DNA from: Raillietiella orientalis
Lineage: Eukaryota
Direction of reading: 5' to 3'
DNA length: 64,000 bases
Assembly: GCA_036172245.1 (NCBI GenBank)
Contig: JAYWIR010000059.1
Coordinates: 248,001 to 312,000 of the forward strand
Made by a program: the position numbers and the translations under genes. Below are positions 51,501 through 64,000 of this stretch, piece by piece. The number at the start of each line of letters is the position of its first letter. The stretch's first letter is position 1. The notes beneath the pieces were generated by a model. It was not told where the DNA came from. It saw nothing but the letters and a program-made list of their open reading frames with translations, and did no database searches.

Positions 51501-54500
51501 CGCTGCATTACGGACTTTGTCGGGGGACCGAACCAATTCCTTACACGCTCCATCAAGTGTTTCCTGCATGCATTCAACTTTTAAAATTACTGTTCCTGGA
51601 ATTTCCCCATTTGCCTCGACTACATTTTATTTTCACCGTTCAATTTCTGTTCCTGCCTGTGATCCACGCTCCTTAATTCTTCCAATGGGCTTCTCAAATT
51701 CATCCGCTCGGCATCCTATCGGTGACCTGAGATTACTCCATCTTCAAAGAATTCAAGCTCTCCGAACTCTCACAGGCAAATTCACTCACGATGCACAGTA
51801 GAACAATAAAAGCTTCTTTGAATGCGAATAAATTAAATTAAATGGGTGTAAATTATGGCGAATCAAAAGTCGAATTTCATCAAGCCTCGGGGAAAGGGAT
51901 TTTTGGAATTCACAGGAAAGTGGGGAAGCAGGAATGCTGCCCAAATTATTTTAGTAACTTTCTTGAGCTGAAAACTCATGCAAACAAAGAGTCCGATTGA
52001 TTTAGGTTTCGTTTACGTTCTCGTAATATGTGCGTTTCAAGAGCTTCTGGAATGCTCCTGCTTCAGCAATGAGAGAGATGAAAGGAATCACATGAGGAAA
52101 AAGAAACAGGTACGCAAACATCAATATTAAATTTCCACACATGCGAGATGCTTCAGATTCGAGAATTCTTTTATACTGAAGTCGCATGCTTCTATCGCCA
52201 ACTGCTCTAAAACCCACTTGCAGCGTCAGCGTTCGGAATCTGGTCTTTAGGATACCTTGAGCAGAATCCAGGAAGCAGCTGAAAATCCCATTTTTCCTCC
52301 AGAAACCTGACGGAACGACGCATCTCGAATTTTCCGTTCCCGGTTACAGGAGATGCTCTGCGTGTAGCTCGGTATTTCATGCTTCCACCTCGTCTCTGAA
52401 TCAAAAAACTCTCGGAGAAGGTCAAAAGGGAAGCAAAATTTCCCGAAAACAAAGTGTGGGAAAAAGTGGAACTCCCAGAAGTTGAAAAGTAGCCGCAACT
52501 TCCGTTTCTATTATTTGATGAGTGAGGTCTGCTGAAGAACAGAGGTGAAATGCTCCATTTTTTCCAAGCAAGAGAGAAGACAGGAAAAAAAGAAGAGTTT
52601 TATTGCACCATCATCATAATGGCAATGGGAAATCAATAAACATCAGAATGCATCTAAAATGCATGCTAGCCATGCGTTCGAGTTTCCTTTCGAAAGTGTG
52701 ACTGCTGATGCACAGTTGCATAAATTTGTATATTTTTTGATCCATTTGTCAGGATTGATAAGTAGCATCAGGTCAAATTTATTGTTAAGTTTTTGTTCTC
52801 ACGGTGTCCTGAGCAGCGCAGAAGAATGTTCTTTCCAGAAGAATGTTCATTGCTCTTTCTGGAAGCCTTTCCCTCGCTCGCGTTCTCCATGTTGCGGCAT
52901 GGGTGCTTGATCTGTGCTCTGAAATCGGGAGGTCCTTCTGTGAAAGTGCCTCGCAATCCTTCTCCGAAATTGGGAACGGTCTTTTCAAGAAACAACTGAA
53001 ATTCTGCTGTTTACCTAGCAGTCTTTGTCTTCCTTCCCAGGAAAAGAGCTCTGAATCATGGATGTCTATCCCTATAAATCAACAGGCCAGTGAGATGTCT
53101 TTGCTAGCACGGCCACGATCCCTTTCGCTGTCAGAAATGCCAAAGTGGGAGCCGCGTTCGAATGCTGGCCACGTGACCACATTCGTCTGCTTTGCGAAGT
53201 AAGACGTGTGTAGTCGATGCGAACTTCAGAGATCCATTTGCGGTCCTTGTAAATCGCAGTGAAAGAAATACCGAGATCCCCTGTAGAGGCGAAGGCGGTG
53301 AGGCGAAAGATCAAGGCCAAACCTCCATCGAGGGCGCCCTAGCTTGCGATTTCCTGTCGGTCGTATCCATCTGTTGCTGCTGGGCAACTGCATGGAGCAC
53401 GTGGGTGCTGGATCTCCTTTGTACACAGTCCTCTACTTGCGTGAATTTGGTGTACAAAGGACTACAAACTGGCCAGGAATGCTGCACATGACGACAAAGA
53501 AGTCGCACGCCGTCCTGTGCACCACCTGAGGCCGGGCATCTGCAAAGACAAGAACCTAAAGGGGTTGTTGTTTGGTACAGGAAACTGCGCTCCTCTCCAA
53601 ATCAAGGCTGTCATCTTTTCCGAGAAAACGGAGAAGAAATCAAGGCTCTCATGGGCCTCTGTTGCAAACCGGGAGCCATGCCACGCGTTTTGAGAAGTTG
53701 CAAATTCTCAAAACCTGCCGGTTCGCCAGTTCCATGGTAACAAAGACAGTGGGTGCATGTGTTTCTTAAATGGAGATCAAGCAATGACCTTGCGCTGCTT
53801 TTTTTTCTTTCTGTTTTTATTTTCGCCGTGGGTTGTGCGTTTCCAAAGCAGGCGGGGAGGAGCGGGTCTCGGTGGCAGCGGAAGTGCCTCCAGATGGAAA
53901 TCCAATGCTGTCTGGGAGCCCGTTAAGAATTCAGACATTCAAGGCCAAAGATGCAGCAGTGGAGATACAAGGACGAGGAAGAAGGGAAATCCTGGTGAAC
54001 AGAAAAACAGAAGTCGGGAAGAAAGGATGATGTTTCCGGAGAGGTGCGTCTTTAGAAAACTGATTCCATGTTCGGGTGTTTTGCTCCCTTCAACCCTATG
54101 ATTCGAGCCATCCGTAGACCTTGTCCTGAGCTGGCTCTATGACTTGAGGGGAGGTCGAGCAGGTTCAGTTTTAGGTGCTCCCCTTCCTCTTCCTTAAGGA
54201 GAGGTCCTTTTGAGGGGGAGGCATGCAGGACAGTGCTCAATGCAAGCTGATGCAAAAGGGGGAAAATATATTTTCTGTGCGCCTCTGAGAAGGAACAGAT
54301 CGATGGAGGGATGCTTGTCGGGTGCAGCGTGCCCTGTATTAAACCGCCGTCACCTTCCTTCCGCTAGTTTCGCTTAAGCGGCTCCGAGAGCCCTCTGCAG
54401 CCTTGGCGACAAAGCGGAGTGGCCAAACGTCACTCGCAGATCGAGATAGTCAGATACGGGTGCCCGTAAGGGAGGGAGAAGGGGAGCGCGCGAAGAGAAA

Positions 54501-57500
54501 AATCGCCAAGCATGAAAGAGTGAATGAAACTCGGAAGAAGAGACCTCGAGGATGATGATGATCCTTCCGTTTTGGTGTGACCCCAGCCGTTCCTGACTCG
54601 TGATCCTTAGAGGGAATTGCTTTCCTTTTCTCCTAAGGAAGAGAACGGAAGCGCTGAGACTCCGTCGTTGGAAGGTGACCCACAGCTCCCTTATTCCAGA
54701 GTTTCGGGAAGGCCGGCTTCAGCAGAGCAAAGCTGTTGCATTTGGTTTTGATTCTGCACTTCTCCTAAAGCGAAAACATCGGAAGAAACTCCGTATACGT
54801 TTTCCGTACAGAAAAATGCGGTATTTGAAAAGTTCCGGTCCAGGAAGGCACAAAAACCTTCCTTCTTGTTTCAACCTTTCCTCTTGCTTCTTTGCTTTTC
54901 AAGATTAGGCATTTTCATCTACCGGACAACATATCTTTTGCCTTCTGTCCTTCTTCGGTGTATCACACGGTTGCTTCAAGCTCCGGCAGGGAAGTCACTA
55001 CCATACTCTTGAGTTTCGCGTTCACGCTTGACTTGTAGGTTCCACGTGGAGTTGCCAAGACGAAACAGGCGCTTAGTACTGGTGTCTCCCCAAAAGGTAG
55101 TGTGAGTGAAAATACTTATGAGGATGCTTTCCTCTTTTCATCCTTTCTTCTTCTCCGCTTTGATATTTATGTCTACCAAAGCAGGTAGTTCAAAAACAAA
55201 AACGAAGGTAGAATCTGTCGAGGAAACTCCAGTCTTCCACTCACGAGAGAAAAATCGATTGACCGCCTCGAAAAAAAATGGCTTTGTCTTCTCGTGGTTC
55301 TCATACTGAGTCTAAGACATTAATGCTTATCATAGTCTGAGTAGTGTCCGTGGTTTTTCTAGTATGAAAGTTTCATGAGGACACTTGGATATTACTCACG
55401 AGTACCTAGAGGTCTTCCTGATTGCAAATACCTCATTACCTCACATTCTCAAAATGGAGCATCCCTACATTTTTCCCGAATCGCATGGAGAGGTAACGCT
55501 TGCATGCTGGCATGCAGTGCCAAGATGCAGCGATTCCTCTGGCTGATGACGATTCCCAGCTTTTCCCCCTCTGCTGCAAAAACTCACAAGATGACCGGGT
55601 TCGCCGGACGTCTCTGCATCGCTATGCTGCCTGCGGTCACTTTTCAGTCACAGCGTCAGAAAGTTTCCGTTTGTCCTTCGTGCCGCGAGACCTTACTTTC
55701 TCCTTAGCATCTTCCTTCTGGCTTTCTCTTCTTTTGGAAACATCTCTCTCATCATTCTCCAAACAAATCACCACCCACGGAATTTTCTCCTTCATCCTTT
55801 TTTGATTTTCCGGAGCTAGGCTTTCTCCCGGCTTGTAGCATCTCGGAAAGCTTCGAAACAATGCGTGCTCCTCGGAGTCTTTTCGTGCAACCAGGAACAA
55901 ACGAGCGATGAAACGATCGACTCTTCCAAAAACCGTCCACGTGGTCAGCCCTCAAGACTTCGAATGCCAAACGTCTTGCTCATTAAGAGCCTTGAGAGCA
56001 GGAGAATTCTAAAAACTCTGCTCTCGAGAATCCACGACGTAGAATTTCATTAGGAAAAGGGATTCAGTTTCAGTATTTCATTTTTTTTTTTAACAAGCTG
56101 TGGTGAAAAAGACCCTCAAAGTGGAATGAACGGGAAGCTGACACTTGTGCATATATGACGGCTCAAAGTGATATTTAGGCATTTTCCTCTACCAGTGACA
56201 TCAGTACTCACTATATAAGTACATTCTGTTCCTAGATGGATCTCTTCATGTCCTCTAGAGCATCTCATTATAAACAGCTTCTTAGATTTTCCTATGATCT
56301 GGCAATTTACCTGCTACTCAGGAAGTTTTTTACAATGAATCCTTATACATTTATTGGTCCTTACTTCAGATTCTGCCCAAATTTTGGATTCAAATGAATT
56401 ATTTCAGCTTTAATCTCAATCTATTTATTTATTTTGTTCAAACACGCACCTCTATTCTGCCGGGTTCTCTGCATCAACGATCTATGAGCGAGCCCTACCC
56501 ATAGCAGACAGAACGAAGCTGAATGGACATTCTTCGAGCATAGGCAAAATCATCAATTATGAAGCGAGAAGAAAGATTTTTGTGCCTTCTCGGACTGGGA
56601 GTTTCCAAACACTGCATTTTTCTAGTATCGAGTCCATAAGGCGAGAATTTTCTTGCAAGGTTCGGCCACGTGCTTCTGAGATGGGATGTCTTTTTTTTAT
56701 GTTCCACTTGGTTTGGCCTACGGAATTCGGTGCTAGAAGCACCGTTTAGATGAAGGCTGATTCCAAACTTTTCCGTGGTGAGGCAACAAACGAAATGGCA
56801 AACCGTGAATCTTAGTCTGCATACGGAAATGACTAATGAACGCCAGCCGTTTCTGGATGCTGGAAGTTTCGTCTGCATCCGAGCTGCGGTTCTAATTCTG
56901 ATGCCGGAAACCACTGAATGAGCTCACTTCCTGAATGTGAAAAAGCGGTTTCCGAAAATTAGCAAAGTTCTTAGGGGAAAAATTTGTCCTTTCGAAACTC
57001 CAGAATAGAAGATTCGAAGAGCATCATTTTTTTTTTCTCCGGAAAGGATGGAAAGTCGGCAGCTCTCGCAATTAAAAACTGAAGTTTGTGATGAGCATCA
57101 TGGAAGGAGTCGCTGTTTTCTACAGCAAATACGCTTTCTGTGGTTAATTTGACGAATACTTTGCCGCCGGCGCGATCCGAAATCCACTCGTAAAAGGAAG
57201 CCCTTCCAGAAACAAGTTCTTTCCGTGAGAGCTGCTGAGGAGAATGATGACACCTGAGTCAACAACGAGGAGATCTTCTTAGGTTGCTCACTGCCCTCTG
57301 ATCAAACGACTTCTCAACGCTTCCTCGCTCGTTCTAGCTGCTAGCTGCTCTTGAGCTCCAAGTCTCGGGTTTCCCGATGATTTTAAACGGCAATCCAGAA
57401 ACTACGCATTGTCATGCTTTGTTTCTTACATGGCACTTTCAGCTCAAGTATGGATGACCTTGGCTATCTTCTTTCCGTGCTAGAAAGATCCCTTTTCTTT

Positions 57501-58249
57501 CACAAAGCATGCATCTGTCAATTCACTCAAATCGCCGCCCGCTCATCAAATGACCTGAGTAGAGATCTCTCGATTATAAGAGAGCCGTTGAGTTAATGGG
57601 GAGGATGGAATCAATTTGATTACTTTTGAAGATTAATCCCAGGAGCGACCAACACCTATCATGACGGTTCGACGCAGTCTAAAATTCAAGGATTTGGATG
57701 TTTTAAAGGGTTTTGGAGAGAATGGAAATTCCATCTGGAGAGATAGATCTATTAACGCGCAAAGATCGTTGTGCAAAAGCAAGAAAACTGAGCTCACTCG
57801 ATAAGCTATGATAGAAATAGAATGTCGAAATGTAGAGCGCATTGCGATGGCATGGAGCGGCGATTTTCTCCATGACGAAGTGATCGTTAGTCTAAATCTT
57901 CAGTCTTACTGGTCTTCTCGCTCGAAGGCATTATCGACCAGAAGAGGAGGAAGAGGGACATTGGGAGCTTTTTCAAAAGACAGAGACCCCCTCCTACTAA
58001 AAAAAAAAAAAATGCACAGTCGTTAAAGATGGGAGTCCTTAGTTGCACCCATGCAGCGTTCATTCGCGATCATCATCAGTACGATGCAGGGTGGCTACTG
58101 TGGACCATCATCGTGTAGGTACATTCGAAGGATAATTGCTGAGTTGATGATCTTCGATGCAACCGTTGAGGTCTATTTACTCTTCCTGTTTCTTCTGTTC
58201 GCACGTGTATGGCTAGCACGTACGGAAGCGCACTACGCGGTTAATAGGG

Positions 58250-59560
58250 CTTCTTCCTGATTCCCTTCCATCTTCTCTTCCATGGATTCTGAGCACCTGG
58301 GCTTTTCTTGTCGGCACCGATTTTGCAGTGATGTACTGCGATTGCAGGCGCCGCGCTGCTTCCGTGCCTGAACCCGGCGTTGCGTCTCGAAGATCCATTC
58401 GCGAGGCTATCTGCGCCTCCCGAGATTCTTGCATTTCTTCCTCTTCTTTCCCGAGGAATTGCTCTGCCTGAGATCATAAACCCTCCATTCTCTTTCTCCC
58501 TCCGGAAGCTCGCACTGGGGATTTTGGCTGGCTATCGCCTCGGGCGTTTCTTCTCTCCATCCCGTTCTCGCTTCGTTCTTTCGTTTCGGCTCGTGCGGTT
58601 CTAGGACCCGAATGCATTCTCGTAGCGTGTGCGAGGGGACGAAGACAGGTGTCGATCCTCCGCCGAGGCGGAATCGTCCCAGCAGGAGACCTCCCTGTTT
58701 CCGAGACCTATGCAACGTCCATGCTACTTTCGCCGATCCTATCGATCCTTCTGAGCCATCCACGCTACATCGCTCTCCCGAACGAGTTAAGGTTCCGCAT
58801 TCCCTGAGCCGCCACGGATCAATTCCCAAGCAAATGGGGGATGCTCGGAAGTGCTCGCTGACACAGATGCATCTTCGGCTCCCCGCACACGGTGGCTGTG
58901 CCTGTTTTTGCATCTGCTCGTTCGGGTAAGCTGGTCCGAGAAGATCCGATTCAGACGTCATTGGAGCTGCCATTTTCTCGACATGAAAAATCCTTGGACT
59001 TTACATTTCGCACTGCATTTCCGGTTTCAGAGAGGAACGGTCGCTTCAACTGTACGGCCCTGCGTGGTCCACGCATTTCCGTTGACGAGATGCGCGCGTC
59101 TCACGCCTTCAGGACGACGCAGATTCGTATTCCTCGCAGAGATTCCCGGAATTCTCCTCCATCTGTTGCTTCCTCCCCCCTTCCTGCTTCCGACGCAGAA
59201 TTATACTTGCCACTCATCTTCCTGCCGGCTTGCTTGTGAGGTCGCATCTCTCGCAAAACCTTCAGTTCCCCCGAAGAAATGCCGTGCAATCTACGACTAG
59301 TATCCATTATAGCCCGGGGACATCTCGCCAGAGGTCTTTTTCTGATCGATGCTTTTTCGATCCAGGCTTGCAAGATTCCAGTGTGTCTCCGTTCCCCCAC
59401 ATTTTCTATCGGTTAACACCGCGTTCCGAAACAGCACGCTCGAATCGTCCCGCGCTCTACCTTTCCCTCGAGGCGGAAGTTGTTCCTGCGCGCCTTCTAC
59501 GGCTAGGTTCGCGAAATCGCTTATTGGAGAGCGTTCTATGAAGATCCGAGATCTCCTCCT
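58250..59560 (-). mobile_element. L1-clade ORF2 remnant
   Basis: AKVAWTLHRSRKQGGLLL (LxRxxxxGGLxL motif, ~58685-58735) and upstream WIEKAS (DxEKAF-like, ~59350-59367). Confidence 0.4.
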
Positions 59561-62500
59561 CCGCTCGCACTCCTCTCCCGCGCGCGCGAGAGAGCGTAAC
59601 CATGCACCCTCGGAGGAATTTCAGAGATCATTCTGAGAGCTGCAAAATTCTGGAGATCACTTTGAGTAACCAGAGCACGTTGCTTGAGCATACATATTTG
59701 AAGTGAAATGCTGATGCATGTATCATTGCGAGTCGGAGAGAGAGAGAGGTCCAGCCACTTTTCAGAAAGTGCGGCTGCAAGGAGATCCGGAAAGCGGAAG
59801 GTTCCCAAACTCAACCGGAAACCCGTCCCCTCTTTGAATCCCACGCGAGCTCGGGCCGGGCCTGGGCGAATTCCAAGCGATCACTATGTAGTGATTTTTC
59901 ACGTCGAAGCTGCCCTTGTCGGAGGACGGAAGGGGGAGTGGGGGGGGGAGAGGCTTTTGCACACGACCCGCAAACTCGGAATGCCGCGGTGGACCAAATC
60001 TGCCATCATCATTTACACATTCGATTTAATTCCATCTCCCCTTCCGATACGCGCGTCCTGAAGAACGAAGTTATCCTACTGGCAGCGCCGGAGCGAACGT
60101 TCCGCGATTCAGTTTCCTTGTCATAAAAATAACCCATTCCCATGTGTGTTCCAGAGCGAGTCGTGTTTCATCAGACGCTTTTTGGGATACAGTTCGTTAT
60201 TTATTTGCGGAAAAAAAAAAGGAGAAAATTATCCCGGCAATTAGGAATCGCGGATGAACAGGATCCCTCGTTCTCGTTTTTTTCGGCCTCTTTGATCTCA
60301 TTCGGCTGCCGGATGGGATCCTGGAGCTTTTCGTTTCCATCGCCTCCATCGATGAAGCTGTGAAAGAAGGCATAGCCCTCTCGCGAATTCCGCAAACGCC
60401 GGGGATGCAAATGGCTTTGCTCTGTCGATTCATTAGCTAAAATGTGCATCGCATCTCCATTTCACTGAGAAGGTATTCACGAGTTCATCTGATCAAGGCG
60501 TGCCACGCACGGTTTTTGGATGGTTGACGACTTAAGATCAAAACATTTAATCCGAATAACGAAGTCGAAGATGGAAATTTACCCCTTAGGAGCCACTCGA
60601 GGGATGGAAACGTACCAAGTGAAACCGAACTGCCTGCGTTGCTAGCTTAGGAGGAAACTTTCATGGGAAGGAAACGATCCGGTAATCTCTGAAGAAAGTT
60701 GACCAGGAAAAGCAATCAGATTTCCACTTTCCGTTTGTCAATTGTTCTCTTCGCCAAGTCAAGCAAAAGAAAATGATTAAAATTGGAAAGTGACACGCCT
60801 GCCTTCCTCAACGTTGATCACGAGTTTTAATTGATGCATCTCTTGGTCTTTTGACTTACATCAAACGCTTCGCATTTTAGCTGGAAGAAGAATATCATAG
60901 GAAGCGCCCCAATGAACTCCATTTATAAAGAAATGCCACGCAAGAACGAGGTTCGATAAGACAAACACGAAAAGTAGGGAGTGGGGCCTTTAGGTTTGTT
61001 ATTCATTTCAATCCCCACTTTCTATATCTGATTCTGGATCCTAAATACGTATCACCTTTGTCTCAATAAAACATCTTAAATAAAGACGTATGAGACTTGA
61101 AACCACTGGCTGCTCGAGTGATGTTTTCAACCAAAAATCATTTTCATACATGTGCAGCTGCTGGTACGCCAGTCGACCTACTCCGTGCACCGGGAACGCG
61201 ACATTCCCTTGATCACACGTGTTTTCCCAGTGATTTCATTTTCTCTGCTATCCACTTCTTCTAATGCCATTGGCACAACTATTAAGAACCATCTGTCAGA
61301 TAAAGCTGTGATCTCGTAGTTGCATGCCCTCTACTAGCATGCCTACCTGAAGTACACCGTTGTGCAGATAGGATAATGGATTGTTCGACAATGCGAGACT
61401 GTTCCTCATTGGGCGCTCAAAGGGGATCTAAATTTCCGAGAAATATTGCTTTTCATCTTTAGAAACTCTCAGAAGGCTATAAAAAGGCACTTTTCGATGT
61501 TATCTGAAAATTAGGATGCAAGCTTCTACATAAATAAGCTCTTGGGAGAGGAGGATCAGCGCAACATTCATCAAGGCTGTTTCGCAAACAACATGCTCAA
61601 GAACTATAAAGTCTATTATGAATCATCAGTGAATGCTGTAAAATGCCTCCGCGAATTTATCTGTGGGGAGCAAATATTTGTGGATGGAGCAATTTGCTTT
61701 TCCTGCTTTGTCGCGCTCGCAAACTTAAAAACGCTTCTCCCCAAAAACAGCTGAGTTTCGCCTCCTTCCGCGTGGCCGGCCGCCTTAGCTTGTGCGAGCA
61801 GTGCATCTTGGAAAATCTTAAAATATTACCACCTCCCCATTCCTTTTTTTTTTTTTAGTTTTCGGAGGTTTCGGCAATTTAGCTCTGAGATACTAAGTGT
61901 GTGCATCTTCCAAGCTGGCGCTTTCTCAATCGCGAGGTTTCCCTTGCTGGTTTACCGTCGTAAGATTCGGATCTTCCGTCTCTACAAGAGATAAATTAAG
62001 ATCAAAGCGATTCATCTTTTGAAGATTCAGGGCAGTCATTTCAGTCACCTACGAGAGCATGGTTTTGGTTATAAAGGGAATCGCATGGAGTAGTGAAGCA
62101 ACGGTAAGCGAACCTCATCTTTTCCCTTTCGAAATCGAGGCATCTGCAACATTCACATTTCGAAAAGGGAAAAATCGACCAGATTTTCTCTTCATCAGCA
62201 AAATATCTGAACCTAAAAAACAGATGCCAGGGCTAAAAAGACCTCTGGTTTGACAATTTGCCATGCGCAGGTTATATGCCAGACGTGGGTCCTAAGAGTA
62301 ACCGAAACAGAAGGCGAAAAGTAGGCCTTTCTCTTTTCCTTAGAGCAAGGAAAGGATGGAGCTTTTTCATAGGCTCCGAAATGAAACAAGGTCTTCCATT
62401 GCAATGTGGTGTGCCACAGAGAGCGGCCTCCTGTTTTCAGTTCTCACATCGCCCGTGCTTCCATGAGTGACAGGCTCGTACGAGGAGGCCCTTTCACAGG

Positions 62501-62915
62501 GAGCTTTCGTGGGTTTTGAGGAAGATAGAAGTCATGAAAGGTGATGGAAGCCTCAAACGGAGAACAAGCGAAGAACGGAGCATTTGGCCGCGGGAATCAG
62601 AGCGGGAGGAGACGCGCCTTGGGAGAACTCAAGAAGCGAAACTGATTTCCGTAAGCATGTGCTACCAATGAAAAAATCACCGTAGGGAAGAAGGTTTAGA
62701 GGGGGACATCTGCAGGTACATCTGAAGTTTTTCACTCAGAGCTTCAAGGGCAACTGAGCTACCTCTGTACAGAATGAACTAGTGTATCAGGCGCATTATT
62801 ATTTCAATGTTTTCCAAGATCTCAACGGAGATCAGCATGTTCCTCGTGTACGGAAGCAGCATTAGGAACCGGTGATTCATGCAAGGATAATGACGGATAA
62901 GTTCTGTAAGTTATA

Positions 62916-62967
62916 GCACGCTGATCTCAGGTGAGATTACTCATAATCTCACCTGAGATTAGCATGC
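62916..62967. repeat. Near-perfect 24-bp inverted repeat with a 4-nt loop
   Basis: GCACGCTGATCTCAGGTGAGATTA-CTCA-TAATCTCACCTGAGATTAGCATGC, 22 of 24 positions Watson-Crick paired. Confidence 0.9.
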
Positions 62968-64000
62968 CATGCCGGATCCTGGACTTTTCTAATCATTCAT
63001 GTCTAGTATACCAGGCAGCGTATCCAGGACGGTAGATCCTTTGATTTCCCCTTCTCCTGTGAAAGGATGGAGACACAGAGACGTCAAAGCGCCGAGAAAC
63101 TTTTTCATCTTCGACTTGGTAGTCGTGTCCCATCAACTGCTTCTAAAAGCACATATCTCTATCTGCTATTCATTTCAATTTATGATTTTTTTCATTATAT
63201 CGAAATTACCGAAACTCACTAGTCGGTTTTATCACCATTTTCATGATGAATTACACGAAGTGAGCTTTGGTGCCTTGAAGTCATGGAAACAGGGTTTGAC
63301 AAACACTAACGGGATTGTGGAATCTGCGGTAACTATAAAGATAACAGAAAGATGATTCTCTGATTGTCAAATGCAAAACAAGCGATGTCTTAGTGATGCA
63401 AGAACAAAAAGACGTTCCATGAATGTCCCTGCGAAATTAATGAACCCGGAGTGAAGATTACCTCACTAGAATCAATGTAAAGAACATGTAAAGTTTTTTC
63501 TTGTGTTTCTTTCTTGATCGACTGTTAATTTCCTTCCGAGTATTTACTTTGAAGTTCTTTCTTAATCGATGCGAAGCACTCACAAGAATTTGGGATCGCA
63601 GTAGGAGTTGAAGAAATCTTAAAGAGCATGGCAGGAAAAGTCAGTCCACTTGTTCTAGGATTAGTCCTCAGGAGTGGAAGATTTAGAACTGATGCCACAG
63701 CACCAATTTGAAAACAGAGGAACAATAAGGCGATCTTTTCGGTTCTCCTCTGAGGAAAAAGATAGGCACTTTTTTTACTGTTCAAGGTTGTAAGATGTGT
63801 TTCTTCACGGAAGCACTCTCCGCTTCCTCGTTGAGCACATGTTCTTTCCACAGACCTCCAATGCTGCTGTTTCCGAGGATTTCGTAGTGCTCTTTTCATT
63901 TCAGGAGATGCTGACTGCTACTGATAAGAAGTCGCTGACGTCAATTTTTCCTCCTGCAACATGCTGAGCCCCAAAATGCAAAGGACGATACGCATTAATG

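Noticed and set aside
53200..53330. FN3-like LIFRLTAFASTGDLG on the minus strand
   Set aside because: A single short motif without the rest of the domain or clear exon borders.

Overview
Eukaryotic genomic DNA, most likely from a non-mammalian vertebrate (inferred from the Tx1/L1 LINEs, tRNA-derived SINEs and C2H2-ZNF/TAS2R-like remnants). I can support no intact protein-coding gene, rRNA, true tRNA or CRISPR array, and the six-frame ORFs are chance frames or antisense shadows. The window is a dense mosaic of decayed insertions. It holds about a dozen L1/Tx1-clade LINE fragments (zinc-knuckle C-terminus, RT, APE). Seven Tx1 copies keep their 3' end: six end in a CCCGG-loop-CCGGG-type hairpin, one keeps only the right arm, and none has a poly(A) tail. 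There are four copies of a ~0.7-1 kb tRNA-headed SINE with an internal ~40-bp array and an L2-like tail, one fragment of a restriction-like-endonuclease (R2/NeSL-type) retrotransposon, and several eroded host-gene fragments (ZNF, TAS2R-like and other GPCR-like). Most recognisable coding remnants lie on the minus strand, and the ~14.7-44.4 kb core is GC/CpG-rich. This architecture suggests an antisense 'trap' locus of the piRNA-cluster type transcribed on the + strand, which is an inference needing small-RNA data. All coordinates of decayed elements are approximate, and family calls come from motif reading by eye.
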